Virus record (IMG/VR): IMGVR_UViG_3300034082_000455
Span: 1-26,092 of that record
Length of the DNA stretch: 26,092 bases
Reading direction: 5' to 3' (one strand)
Origin: a virus
Lineage: Duplodnaviria; Caudoviricetes
Shown: in pieces, positions 12,001-18,054 of the stretch
How positions within the stretch are numbered: position 1 is the first letter of the stretch
How the letters are laid out: each line of letters starts with the position of its first letter
Notes under the pieces: model-generated
What the model saw: the letters and a program-made list of their open reading frames with translations, nothing else
What the model was told of the DNA's origin: nothing
Databases searched by the model: none
Program-made: the position numbers and the translations under genes

Positions 12001-12387
12001 AGGATTCCAGCTGTAATGATCTTGGCTGGTAATTAAATCATCACGCTCGTTGAAGTTATTAAAAAATCTAAGTTGATTTTTAAAGTCGATATAGTCGTAG
12101 AAATTTTCAATATTACCTCTATCGTCTGAAAGTACTACTCCCGGTTCTAATTGATATCTACTGCGTAGTGTATTGTCGCTGTCAAGATAAATGTCAGATC
12201 CGTTGTAGGTCTTGCCATATCTACGACCAACGTATCCTACAGTTTTTTGTAGCACACCTGGCTGGACCAAGGGGTCAATAACACCGGCCATAAATTTACT
12301 GTTTGTTTCAGTTTTAAAAACCTGAGGAAGTAAATCTACTGTCCTGCGAATTGGTAGTCCGCTTGCTGGGAAAATTTCATTTGCCAT
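1..12387 (-). CDS. Giant baseplate wedge protein, T4 gp7 / P2 gpI-like, multidomain (>4,129 aa; 3' end outside the window)
   Basis: ATG at 12387, 9 nt after the gp6 stop: MANEIFPASGLPIRRTVDLLPQVFKTETNSKFM. Dozens of lines translated by hand stay in one frame with no stop, down to ...PGQIIDSVSIKVFHTVQTGA at base 1. Its absence from the ORF track fits an ORF with no stop inside the window. It has the gpI/gp7-type motifs KGTANAITKVF...IQLNEEW (~6820-6900) and YLEEVKP (~1654-1674), and lies directly after gp6. Confidence 0.85.
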   Translation of the reverse strand, partial: MANEIFPASGLPIRRTVDLLPQVFKTETNSKFMAGVIDPLVQPGVLQKTVGYVGRRYGKTYNGSDIYLDSDNTLRSRYQLEPGVVLSDDRGNIENFYDYIDFKNQLRFFNNFNERDDLITSQDHYSWNPPIEWDKFVNFREYYWVPSGPPSVKVLGQGDAITSTYRVRQGTTSTWIFYPDGATNNPTLTLYRGQTYNFAVNSPREGFYIRTAFDTGSLKYNPFLPYIPNQLAVYDGKLWRALTFITASVDGTIVEGPEWEIVDENVQTSKFDYFNGVTNNGETNGTVTFKVPLDAPDILYYQSAINPDRFGRFLIQDIEENTSINIDKEILGKQTYTSSNGVELTNGLVVRFGGKVTPTKYKKDNWLVEKVGREITLIKFSDLEVPIITSQTPEVIFDNTGFDTEPFDDATSYPGEKDYIIVCRASIDANPWSRYNRWFHKSTLEQAHKLNGTDFEAGDNFRAKRPIIEFRPNLQLFNHGSVAKTPVDFIDTFTTDIFSIIEGSQGYSVDGEFLYQGARILFVADTDELANNKIYQVNFITHNNVRQITLRATVDSDPILGEGVLVRSGNINKGLMYHFNGVSWIPSQEKTKTNQMPLFDLFNNNGISFSDVTTYPSSTFVGSPILSYKVGNSVSDSELGFSLDYLNIDNVGDILFTYNLDLDSFSYSVNQQTLTKNLNTGFYRFNPLDEFANGWVKSDSDYQQPILDSVVITEVTNQVTLSTVDWAAFSTLPSTVIFYLNGQRHLDSYTRENGTFTFANAFTINDVVSIKIYINIDPDQGYYQIPHGLEKNPLNDNMTAFTLGQAIDHLSSAMEIETQFSGVYPGNSNLRNIDGYQNRCMRFLKHSGIAPMAVSLLCDKNINIVKSIQHSLRAYSNFKNEFLKRIAEAMPLDNVVDFVDEVMSAMTITKDSSDPFADSDMIGNGAHADIVYLVEDEGIKVFALSQTFNLTELSRRAIYVYRNGEQLIHGADYTFDGTFGFIRLSLTLVEGDQIVIREYVSTAFNYIPATPTKLGLYKKYLPYIYLDDTFVTPRLVIQGHDGSITAAYGDYRDDAILELELRIYNNIKQEYNEDIFNIDNVFGGYYGNALYTKSELDAIVIQDFLRWVANTDIDYTNNDQYLDLQNSFTYTYSNMTDPTRQQSLPGYWRGVYRWFYDTDRPHICPWEILGFSEKPTWWESEYGPAPYTRGNLILWEDIRDGIIRQGPRAGTYDRYARPSILDHIPTDGDGRLLSPLDSGVANDFTLINNQGDYRPGDVSPVEAAWRSSSEWPFSVMVALCLLKPFEFITDSFDRSRMSVNQLGQTVSSESGVFSKISDLLVPVVGGTQLSGLVTFVSSYVRSKNLDSQVLLTRLNNLDVKISTRMSGFVDQTEQKYLLDSKNPSATSSSIYVPNENYDVIFNVGVPMIGIAYSGVLIEKLAEGWKVKGYDNQQPYFNYFKPIASSSDPLTSVGGTSVSFLDWAADKVYSNGDVVRTQNIFYRALKSHTSTGVFDKSLWKILPKLPVVGGVDAYFRKTFNQLKPIQMFYGTVITTVQGVVDFLLGYQAYLKTQGFSFDRYDAENQVAYNWQTSCKEFLFWTKHNWAVGSLLTLSPSASQVEMKIPLGVADSLFDSFYDYQIFKSDGAPLLPIFLNVNRDFQSVKVSTVNTNEGIYFIKVYFVLKEHITVFDDRTVFNDVIYDKTTGYRQERIKSRGFRTVDWDGDYTSPGFLFDNVNIQQWSPYTDYRLGDIVSYKSYNWVSKENQQGTELFDTTVWEKLDTTPTKGLVANFDYRINQFEDYYDVDADGLGSSQRDLSRHVIGYQTREYLQNMAEDAVSQFKLYQGFIREKGTANAITKVFDKLSRTNSGSIQLNEEWAFRVGRLGGTDQFNETEFRILKNDFKINPQPVIIAPTESSTDVLDLYMRVPEKNFTIAPIPFTANINPVKKYKLTPRTAGYVNSFDVDFAVKNYDDILALNIADFAENSHVWITFYNNSWTVLRYNISRLLLITDVNVVKTRVEIVLGRTHGLIVGDIFGIRNIENLEGFYKITEVPDRKTIVIQISKDAKEPKWDSSTVINLELFSSARFTDYQSVDLAIAATLTSGAKFWIDNNVNDNWEVSEKQKLFSSTEISEYGTTTPLGNGSSVLYIDILTQIVSAMPASNIVVSYLERTEGLKPLQTFERPNSISAAAAGVFGESLAVSPDGKWLAIGSPRATGIRSDYQEVYDSDLDYLQGDIVLHKGKLWRAKVDIYAQNYIGIDSSRVGVDSAFARIDTTMEDWEPALVVTANQQGTNTGYLEQGAVSLYEWSGQNWVERYSFVSPRQNTNEQFGSKITIGVDSGNYYMAISAPGAENNKGRVYLYKYAPLVSDTSETITYKVTVAPPQGMDSGYKYYINEQYRPNLSLIVGNTYIFDQTDLSNVYYPNPVDGTITNRHPLNFSNDNISGVLGGGTLYTTGVTYLLDNRSVTQTQYIAGFTTATTRKVQITVTENTSSILYYYSSATLNMGNSIIRKYPNIAKEWQLIENQNFKGVYDNTGARFYEAGAIVWYNNYLWQSLEDQTGDGSTISINSNQWARLDPVSTQSSLPTNIALEDDSTDPTVGSLLSDQVAELVKDGDRFGTSMTMSRDGMTLVVGSPTSDGQYFTNYRGVWNGYQTYTVGDVVKWTGNYYRLATASSTGANPVSGAPWGLVEAVSDATSGKVYIYKMNAYGFYSLMQTINAGSLPDVSDLSSAEIINSGDLFGFAIDIDNSGNTIAVSSPQADINLQNQGSVYIFRYDTDSTVPEYRLKQKLQSYEIYNNELFGFSVSISERGERVVVGAKNTPYKLPTRFDLSARTRFDGGRTTFSEDQGYPGQVYVFELKDLTYFLSEKLEAALLDNEGFGYSLDSTASVIVTGSPSYALTGTKVGMTRIFRKDVTKDSFTVLAEESPMVNIDLLKSVAVYDDENYLKIADLDIIDVNKLKILGRAEQEIKFKTLYDPATYTNGTSEVEVDADQAWFEKNVGVIWWNISTAKWAHYEQGDLAYRAGNWNQLAPGATIDICEWVESSMSPTDWAKMADTTDGLSAGISGQPLYSNTAYSIKRFTNPNTGLSYGTKYYFWVKNKTIIPTGVAGRNISASSIASLIENPSSDGTPILAIIDTDKFLTYNLSSVITGDSALINIEYYNSERRPNATHTEYQLLTEGIADSLPSDALEQKWIDSLVGFNQAGNPVPDPTLLPKQRYGLAFRPIQTMFVNRGTALKIVIDRSNNILATRPFADLIDFENLNQIENIPSETLNLYDLTVDTFAELSEIGIVRISPAILNANIVDGEIDTIDIVDPGFGYRTVPPVKIVGDGLGAKATVTIDLQGRITSVSVVQKGRKYTTADVSVRNFSVLVKNDITYNNYWSVYFWDSVREGFFKSTVQSYDTTKYWSYIDWYATGYSSVTRIVKEILDLYLEPTIKIKVGDVIKIKEYANGGWALLERVTDGSGDILGNYILVGRENGTIKISEEIYNVKVYDYQTSYDEVTYDNQPTQELRFIFAALKENIFIDDLRAEWNKLFFASIRYIFSEQLYVDWAFKTSFLNAIHNIGDLEQKTNYKNDNLSSFQQYLEEVKPFRTTIREYTSRYTDIDRQGAAITDFDVPPVYNIIEGQILPVLESSSVIDTYPYKWWKDNHTYSITDIVISNIGADYKDAPRVVIAGDGTGASAQAYIANGAVSGIKILAGGTGYTTASVSLVGGNGTSTNIAKAVAIIGDSKTRTFDLTVKFDRITKEGTYLEYTYSQEFVADGFTAIFELNYPPTRDKTKIAVTINDEIILDSEYEITFYKSSTDSYSLLRGKLKLVSLPVAGAIIVIDYEKADEILEAVDRINKYYSPAQGMIGKEINQLMTGIDFGGVQIQGTTFDVSGGWDALPWFTDTWDSVEPNSDFYYVVDTQPYTLTGIDSRSLTWKAGSVVQYGTKQYRAVIANTDKPPVEFPDVWEELTILLPFTPAIGQQLSVYLKRSGLGSPRSIDTLDSAGAPVIVYDQGIEESRTIRIDDPNFGGAGITNPLAVMPTVVGDGSTNSIDIQQYVQIENGDTLIFRPMDSDGTVNITDINIIDTNLTGGSLSAVSGAYITATGTAAEDIVVDGSKFISPDQVPAPEENIPGQIIDSVSIKVFHTVQTGA
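550..11730 (-). repeat. Seven dispersed CBM5/12 (ChtBD3)-like aromatic modules within the giant CDS
   Basis: Pattern [WY]x4-5[YW]xxG[DAS]xVx[YW]xGxx[YW]x[AS] at ~11610-11730, 7890-8004, 7115-7230, 5700-5769, 4725-4845, 4381-4494 and 550-654. Examples: WSPYTDYRLGDIVSYKSYNWVS, WNGYQTYTVGDVVKWTGNYYRLA. Confidence 0.7.
3700..6030 (-). repeat. FG-GAP / integrin-alpha-like beta-propeller blade repeats within the giant CDS (6 clear, 1 degenerate)
   Basis: Clear blades: FGESLAVSPDGKWLAIGSP; FGSKITIGVDSGNYYMAISAPGAENNKGRVYLY; FGTSMTMSRDGMTLVVGSP; FGFAIDIDNSGNTIAVSSPQADINLQNQGSVYIF; FGFSVSISERGERVVVGAK; FGYSLDSTASVIVTGSP. Degenerate blade: NGSSVLYIDILTQIVSAMP. Confidence 0.8.
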
Positions 12388-12396
12388 ATTCTACAA

Positions 12397-15300
12397 TTAC
12401 CCTAAATTTGTTGATGATATAACTGCCGAAGCATCTACACGAATTTCACTAGCAGTGATTGCTGTTACAATAACAATGTCATCTACTGTGGCACCACTGA
12501 CAAAAATTTCATCGTTGGCGCTTTGTATTTCAAATAAACTTCCAAAACTCTGTGTTGGCTGTCTTGGTACAATCACCAGATTACTTAGATCCGGTGTTAC
12601 TGCATTTGTAATGTAAGTGATTAATTCGCCAAGATAAAACCTATCTCCGAAGTCCCAATTAGCTACATCAAAGAAATCATTGATGGCTGAAATAATTCTA
12701 ACTTTAAGATCATTATCATTAATTGTTTTATTTGGATTTTTAACAATCTTAAACTGTGCCTGTAATGCATAGTCTGCTGTTGATCCGAATAAGACCTTGT
12801 AATTTACTGGATGGTATATTATTTCGTCGCTGATCGATTTAATCTCTCCAAGACTAGATCCAAAACTAATTCGCAAGCTATCACTGTTAGGTGCATCTGG
12901 TTTAATTGTTAAACCGCCGCCTAGATATTTTCTAAATTCTGTATCGTAACTTCTTGTTAATAGATAAACATCAACAATGTTGCTAACACTAGGATCAATT
13001 CTACGATCAACATTGGCATTGTGCGTGTACTGAAATTTCAATCCAGAACGACCAACATTTGCCCTATAGCCCGATTCTAAAATTAAACTATTCGATGCAG
13101 TATCTACACGCTTAACTCGATCTTCCGCACTGTCGTAAAAATAAATTAACTGGCCGTCATTATATTCATTAACGTTAATTTGGTCTTCTTTTGGTTCTAC
13201 TAAAATCAAATCAGTGCTGTTATCAAAATAGGCATAGATGATATTACCAAAGCTGTCTACTACTTCTGTAAAAAATAGGTAATTTAGATCTTGGTCGGCT
13301 CCGACAATCTGTTCAAATGCATCTGCATTGTCAATAACGCCATCGTCGTCACTGTCGCTAAATGCCACTTGAATTTCTTCTGAGCTTTGATAACCATCTT
13401 CAAATTTGATAGAATCATCAACTTCAAATACAAGATCTTGTTTTAACGGCAAAGGAGTACTCGGCATCGGTGTAGTGTTGATACCTAAAACTCGAACCTG
13501 ATCCTTGATAGTTTTACCTGTCTTTCCATCGTAGATTTTTTGATTAACATCAAAGTAAAATCTGTTTTGTTCAAGACTACCAAATATGTAATTTAGAGTT
13601 CTAACACGAATTTGATACTCATCTGCTTCTTTAATAAAAGCAATGATCCAACTAGTATCGAGATTGTTATTTGAAGTATCACCTGCTTTACCTAGTGCAA
13701 ATGCATTAATTAGGTCAATGTTAGGAGCTGTAATAATCTTCCACGATGCCGTGGCAACATCAAATCTAAGGCCAAAGTTTTTATTTTCAGCACACAGGTT
13801 TACAATCTGTGTTTCTAAGGCGTCAGGCAAATTGTTTACAAACTTTGGAATAATCCTACTGGCAATTGCTCCGGTAGGCACAGTATCATTGAATATTACT
13901 GGACCTTTTCCCGTGCTTAATGTGCCACGGCCTGCATTGGTTCCATCACCTATTACTCGAATAACTTTGGTCCACAGTCTATCAGTTTGATCTAAATCGT
14001 TAGCGTTAGTTGTGACTAATTCGCCTCGCTTAAAGCTCTTTCCTGCAGGTGGCACAAATTTAATCATTGCACCAGCAGTGACATATTTTAATGTGTTAGT
14101 TGTATAAGAACTTACTTTTTGCAATGTAAGGTCTACGGAGTTAGTAAAATATCCTGTACTTTCATTAACATCTGAAGTAATTTGTGTCCATCTAGTATTT
14201 GTGTCAGTGAATAAAATTTTATCATATTTTGTAAAATAAAAATTGTAAACTCCTGTATTAGTAAACAGAGGTTCGATACTTTGTCTTACAAAATTAATTG
14301 TGTCAATTCTACTAACATTTTTAAATGCTAGACTTTTTTCACTTTCTGATTTATAAATTAAACCGTCATCAGCAAATACATTTACGCTAGAATATTTTCC
14401 GCTAGCATCAATGATGTCAAAATTGCGACTAACCCCACTAGATGTTCTGTTAATGGCTTTGACTTTTAAGATGTCTTGGCTACTAGCCAGTGGCGCAAGA
14501 TTGTAATCTTCTGCCGTAATCATTCTGTTCTGAGTGTAATATTGGGCAGGTGCTTTTGTTCTAATGCTTTCTACAGTTTCAGCAGGTACACTGTTGCTAA
14601 CTGTGTATTTTAAACTCATGCTAATCTTAAGAACATGACTTTGTCCGGACTTGTTTACATAAGATACTTCAATGTTAATACCGCGCATTTCATTAGGAAG
14701 AACACTGTATGAAAGACCATTGCTAACACGATAGTAAACTCTAAACGATCCTTGTGGTAGATTTCCGTAGACGCCGTCTGCAAAAATAAGATCTATTCTA
14801 TCTGAATTTTTTGTAGATATAGAATATATATTTCTGATATTTTTTTCAATACTGTTATAGGCAATGTTATTACCAGTTAGATTAGATACCTGTGTCCAAG
14901 GATCGATCTGGGCGCCGTTGGCCGCTAATTGAAACAACCATACATCACTGTTATTGATATTATCAGCATCTACTGCTACTTTCTCGTTGGTGGTAGGTAC
15001 AGCTATTGAAAAGTCTGCAAGCTCAAGACTACCCTGTTTAAACATCAAGAAAAATCCGGTGTTGGTACTAGCAGCACCTTTACCGTCTGACTTGTAAATG
15101 AACCCAAGCTGGTTACCAGGAACTGGGGGTTCTTCATAAATCTCTTCACTGCCTTTAAATGCGGTACTTACCATTTCAAAAGGCATAGATCGCCCGGCAA
15201 CATTTTTGTTGTAGGTAAAAATTGGAACATCTCTGCTGGCGGTTCTAAATCTATATTGTTCTGTAGGAATGCCCTGAATTGTAGCAGCGCCTTGACTACG

Positions 15301-15813
15301 GCCGATTTCAGTATTATCTGCCATAGCAGCATTTAATATGGCGTTGAACTGTTCTTTCCAGTTAGGGTTAGTTGAGTCGTTCCACTGAATAATTTGTCGG
15401 GCAAGATTTTTTCCGTTGGCATCAAGGATATTCTCAGTGGTGCTAACGGTGTCGAATTTTAACAGACCCTTGCTGGCAATATTCCTCTTCGCATTATAGC
15501 TCAACATACGGGCTATACGAAGGACGCTTTCTCTACGAGATGCTAATTCAATAAAGTTTTCTCTGCTGGCAAGGTCAATACGAAATGCTAGACTTTGTCC
15601 TAGAAATGCTACAGCATCAATTAAAGCTAGATATTCACTAGATTCAATGTAATCGTTGAAATCTTCTGGGTAGTTTTCACGCAGATATGTGATAATAACT
15701 CTACGCAAATTTTCAAAGTCGTAGCTTTTGAAATCAGCACTTTTAAAGGTCTGATAGATTCTTGTCCAATCCTGATTCAATATTAAATTCGTTTGTCTAG
15801 TAGTCGTAGTCAT
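12397..15813 (-). CDS. Baseplate wedge subunit, T4 gp6-like (enlarged, 1138 aa)
   Basis: N-terminal DFENLRRVIITYLRE..FNDYIESSEYLALIDAVAF...ENFIELASRRESVLRIARMLSY. Baseplate-J/gp6 motif ETVESIRTKAPAQYYTQNRMITAEDY. C-terminal DFGDRFYLGEL. Lies between gp25 and the gp7-like gene. Confidence 0.9.
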   Translation of the reverse strand: MTTTTRQTNLILNQDWTRIYQTFKSADFKSYDFENLRRVIITYLRENYPEDFNDYIESSEYLALIDAVAFLGQSLAFRIDLASRENFIELASRRESVLRIARMLSYNAKRNIASKGLLKFDTVSTTENILDANGKNLARQIIQWNDSTNPNWKEQFNAILNAAMADNTEIGRSQGAATIQGIPTEQYRFRTASRDVPIFTYNKNVAGRSMPFEMVSTAFKGSEEIYEEPPVPGNQLGFIYKSDGKGAASTNTGFFLMFKQGSLELADFSIAVPTTNEKVAVDADNINNSDVWLFQLAANGAQIDPWTQVSNLTGNNIAYNSIEKNIRNIYSISTKNSDRIDLIFADGVYGNLPQGSFRVYYRVSNGLSYSVLPNEMRGINIEVSYVNKSGQSHVLKISMSLKYTVSNSVPAETVESIRTKAPAQYYTQNRMITAEDYNLAPLASSQDILKVKAINRTSSGVSRNFDIIDASGKYSSVNVFADDGLIYKSESEKSLAFKNVSRIDTINFVRQSIEPLFTNTGVYNFYFTKYDKILFTDTNTRWTQITSDVNESTGYFTNSVDLTLQKVSSYTTNTLKYVTAGAMIKFVPPAGKSFKRGELVTTNANDLDQTDRLWTKVIRVIGDGTNAGRGTLSTGKGPVIFNDTVPTGAIASRIIPKFVNNLPDALETQIVNLCAENKNFGLRFDVATASWKIITAPNIDLINAFALGKAGDTSNNNLDTSWIIAFIKEADEYQIRVRTLNYIFGSLEQNRFYFDVNQKIYDGKTGKTIKDQVRVLGINTTPMPSTPLPLKQDLVFEVDDSIKFEDGYQSSEEIQVAFSDSDDDGVIDNADAFEQIVGADQDLNYLFFTEVVDSFGNIIYAYFDNSTDLILVEPKEDQINVNEYNDGQLIYFYDSAEDRVKRVDTASNSLILESGYRANVGRSGLKFQYTHNANVDRRIDPSVSNIVDVYLLTRSYDTEFRKYLGGGLTIKPDAPNSDSLRISFGSSLGEIKSISDEIIYHPVNYKVLFGSTADYALQAQFKIVKNPNKTINDNDLKVRIISAINDFFDVANWDFGDRFYLGELITYITNAVTPDLSNLVIVPRQPTQSFGSLFEIQSANDEIFVSGATVDDIVIVTAITASEIRVDASAVISSTNLG

Positions 15814-15834
15814 TGTTTTTCTTGCCCTATCACA

Positions 15835-15842
15835 TATTTACC
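15835..15842 (-). promoter_or_regulatory. Candidate T4-type late promoter (GGTAAATA; TAAATA core) upstream of the gp6-like gene
   Basis: TAAATA on the minus strand, 21 nt upstream of the gp6 ATG, in the only sizeable gap of the operon. A gp55-like sigma factor is encoded in the window. The motif is short and the DNA is AT-rich. Confidence 0.5.
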
Positions 15843-15844
15843 CT

Positions 15845-15866
15845 AAAAAATAAACTGGTCAGTTTA
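15845..15866 (-). terminator. Weak hairpin plus U6, possible intrinsic terminator or processing site at the gp25 stop
   Basis: Minus strand TAAACT-GACC-AGTTTA-TTTTTT, overlapping the gp25 TGA. The stem is AT-rich and weak. Confidence 0.3.
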
Positions 15867-16293
15867 CTATATTGTTTGTTTTGTCAAAGTCAAAAGTCAT
15901 GCGCTCGTTGACATTAAACGGCAGATAAACAACATCTGCTTGTATTCTAATACCTTGATCTGTGCTGTCAATTGTCAATGCATTTACTTTAACTCTTGGA
16001 TCGTAATTGATGATTTGCTCAACATCTTCAGTGATTAGTCTGCGAACTTCTGAGGTAAAATTTTCAAATAACATGTCCCAAATAATGGTTCCAAAATTAG
16101 GGTTTTCCAATTTCTCACCTTTGCGAATATAAAAGTGATTCATTAGGTCTCGCTTGACTAGTTCAATGTCGTAGAGTTTAAAATTGTTTTTTGTTTCGTT
16201 AGAGCTGAATCCCTTGTATCTAAAACTAGAACTAGTTTGTATTGTAGTAGCTTTGTTAGTTGCTACTGATTGTTGATTATATAGTTTTGCCAT
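15859..16293 (-). CDS. Baseplate wedge / sheath initiator, T4 gp25-like
   Basis: LYDIELVKRDLMNHFYIRKGEKLENPNFGTIIWDMLFE...IINYDPRV matches the gp25/GPW_gp25 signature (GE..P.FG..LFE..PRV). Confidence 0.92.
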   Translation of the reverse strand: MAKLYNQQSVATNKATTIQTSSSFRYKGFSSNETKNNFKLYDIELVKRDLMNHFYIRKGEKLENPNFGTIIWDMLFENFTSEVRRLITEDVEQIINYDPRVKVNALTIDSTDQGIRIQADVVYLPFNVNERMTFDFDKTNNIVN

Positions 16294-16296
16294 ATT

Positions 16297-18051
16297 TTAT
16301 GCTTCCTCTGGTGGTGGATCGCCACCTTCGTCGCCACCGGCTGCTAGTCCGTCTTCACCACCGCCTGCTTGTTCTCTATCAGTTAGATCAGGTTTAACTG
16401 ATAGAGGATCTAGGTTCTCGTGACTGGGCCAGGGCTCGTGCATGGGTATTCTAAACATAATACTTTCTAAAGGAGTTTCTGTATTATATCTTGCACCTAC
16501 CCATTCGGCTGCTGCTGGATTAATTACAATATTTCCATTAATACCTAATGCTAATGTTGGCGTGGCTGCTGTTGATTTTGTAGCATCAGCTGCATCAGGG
16601 GCTGCAGGACCGTTAAGATTAATGGCTCCGCCAGTAAATGTTAAATTGGCTGCACCCCAACTGCCGTCACCTCCGGCAGTCACCTGCATAGCATCTCCAG
16701 ATTTGATATCCATGCTTGTATCAGATTGAATATTAATGTTAGTTCCTGCTTTTATATGAGTATCTAGACTTGACTGAATATAGGTGCTTAGAATACTTTT
16801 AAAATTATTATTCATTACAGAAGTTATATGATTATCTTTCAACGTAGCAATATGTACTTCACCTTCTGTGGTAATTTTTGTATCGCCTTTGACAAAGAAT
16901 CTAGTGTTAGCTTCTGTGTCTACACGAAAGTTTCCGCCGCCGGTTTCGTGTACCGCAGAAGCTTTCATGTTGATATTTCTACCGGCTTCAAAATTAAAAT
17001 CGCGATCGGCATAAAAATTAAAATCTTGTTTAGTGTGAATACTAATACTGTCTTCGGCAAAGATATCAATTTTACCATCACTGGTCATTTCGATCCAACT
17101 GGTTCCTCTACTATTACCTATGTAGATTAAATCTTCACTGGTGTGTAATAATAATTGATGGCCTGTTCTCGTACGCAGTCTAATATATTCATCTGATGGT
17201 ATTGTTGGTTCTCCAGCGTCGCCGTCGAGTGTGTCAGCATAATCATAGCCGCCATCTCCGGCAGGTGTTCTACGCTGATAACGATCGTCGCCGTCGTCCA
17301 TGACAAATTGACTACCACCTAGTCTACTCACAGGAACAGGCACCGGACTTTGACTATCTGATTTACCAATAAATGTTTTCTTTGCTCCGTCCCTTCGATC
17401 TAATGGGCCTGGAGTTGAAATACCATAAACACTACTAGGAACATTCCTACGGCTGGTAGAATATGTTACACCTCTAACATCATCTTCTAATAATCCTTCT
17501 TCTAAAAAATGATCAGCAATGGGATGCACTGCTCGCTTGATTTTATCAATTTCTGTATTTTCTTCAAGAGAGTTAGCACGGCGATTTGCTTCAGCAACTG
17601 GCACAAATCCAGTATCGTATTTTTCTTGTTCGCCATCAGCAAAAGCCACTGACCTGCTGGCTGCAATACCCGGAACCATGTGATTTGAAAATTTGTCTGG
17701 AACACAGCCTAACCAATAGCCTTGACTAGGATCACCTTCGATAAAAAATACCAATACTGTATTTCCTACATCGGGCGGTACAAACCAAAAACCGTAACTT
17801 TTTTGTGTGTCGTTAAAATCATCTACATTGGATCCTTGAAATTCAAATGCTGTTTGTCCGGCGAAGGGACTAGCATACCTTACTCCGTAAGTTTGCCCAC
17901 CATCACCAATACTATTACCATCTGGTCTTAAAAGCGTAACTTCTAGCCCGCCCATAAATGTAGGATCTAGGTGACTGATAATTTTAGCAAGATACGGACC
18001 TCCGGAAATGTCGCTGGTTTTATTTGCTGATTCTCTTTTTACTTGTGCCAT
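16297..18051 (-). CDS. Baseplate central spike, T4 gp5 / VgrG-like, no lysozyme domain seen
   Basis: OB-fold motif YGFWFVPPDVGNTVLVFFIEGDPSQGYWLG. IRLRTRTGHQLLL followed by ~8-residue beta-helix repeats ending GAINLN. Directly upstream of gp25. Confidence 0.85.
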   Translation of the reverse strand: MAQVKRESANKTSDISGGPYLAKIISHLDPTFMGGLEVTLLRPDGNSIGDGGQTYGVRYASPFAGQTAFEFQGSNVDDFNDTQKSYGFWFVPPDVGNTVLVFFIEGDPSQGYWLGCVPDKFSNHMVPGIAASRSVAFADGEQEKYDTGFVPVAEANRRANSLEENTEIDKIKRAVHPIADHFLEEGLLEDDVRGVTYSTSRRNVPSSVYGISTPGPLDRRDGAKKTFIGKSDSQSPVPVPVSRLGGSQFVMDDGDDRYQRRTPAGDGGYDYADTLDGDAGEPTIPSDEYIRLRTRTGHQLLLHTSEDLIYIGNSRGTSWIEMTSDGKIDIFAEDSISIHTKQDFNFYADRDFNFEAGRNINMKASAVHETGGGNFRVDTEANTRFFVKGDTKITTEGEVHIATLKDNHITSVMNNNFKSILSTYIQSSLDTHIKAGTNINIQSDTSMDIKSGDAMQVTAGGDGSWGAANLTFTGGAINLNGPAAPDAADATKSTAATPTLALGINGNIVINPAAAEWVGARYNTETPLESIMFRIPMHEPWPSHENLDPLSVKPDLTDREQAGGGEDGLAAGGDEGGDPPPEEA

Positions 18052-18054
18052 TTA

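Noticed and set aside
1-12387. Large non-coding region, pseudogene or stop-codon recoding as the reason for the empty ORF track
   Set aside because: The frame reads openly in the standard code wherever translated. The ORF simply lacks a stop inside the window, and all other genes are intact in the standard code.
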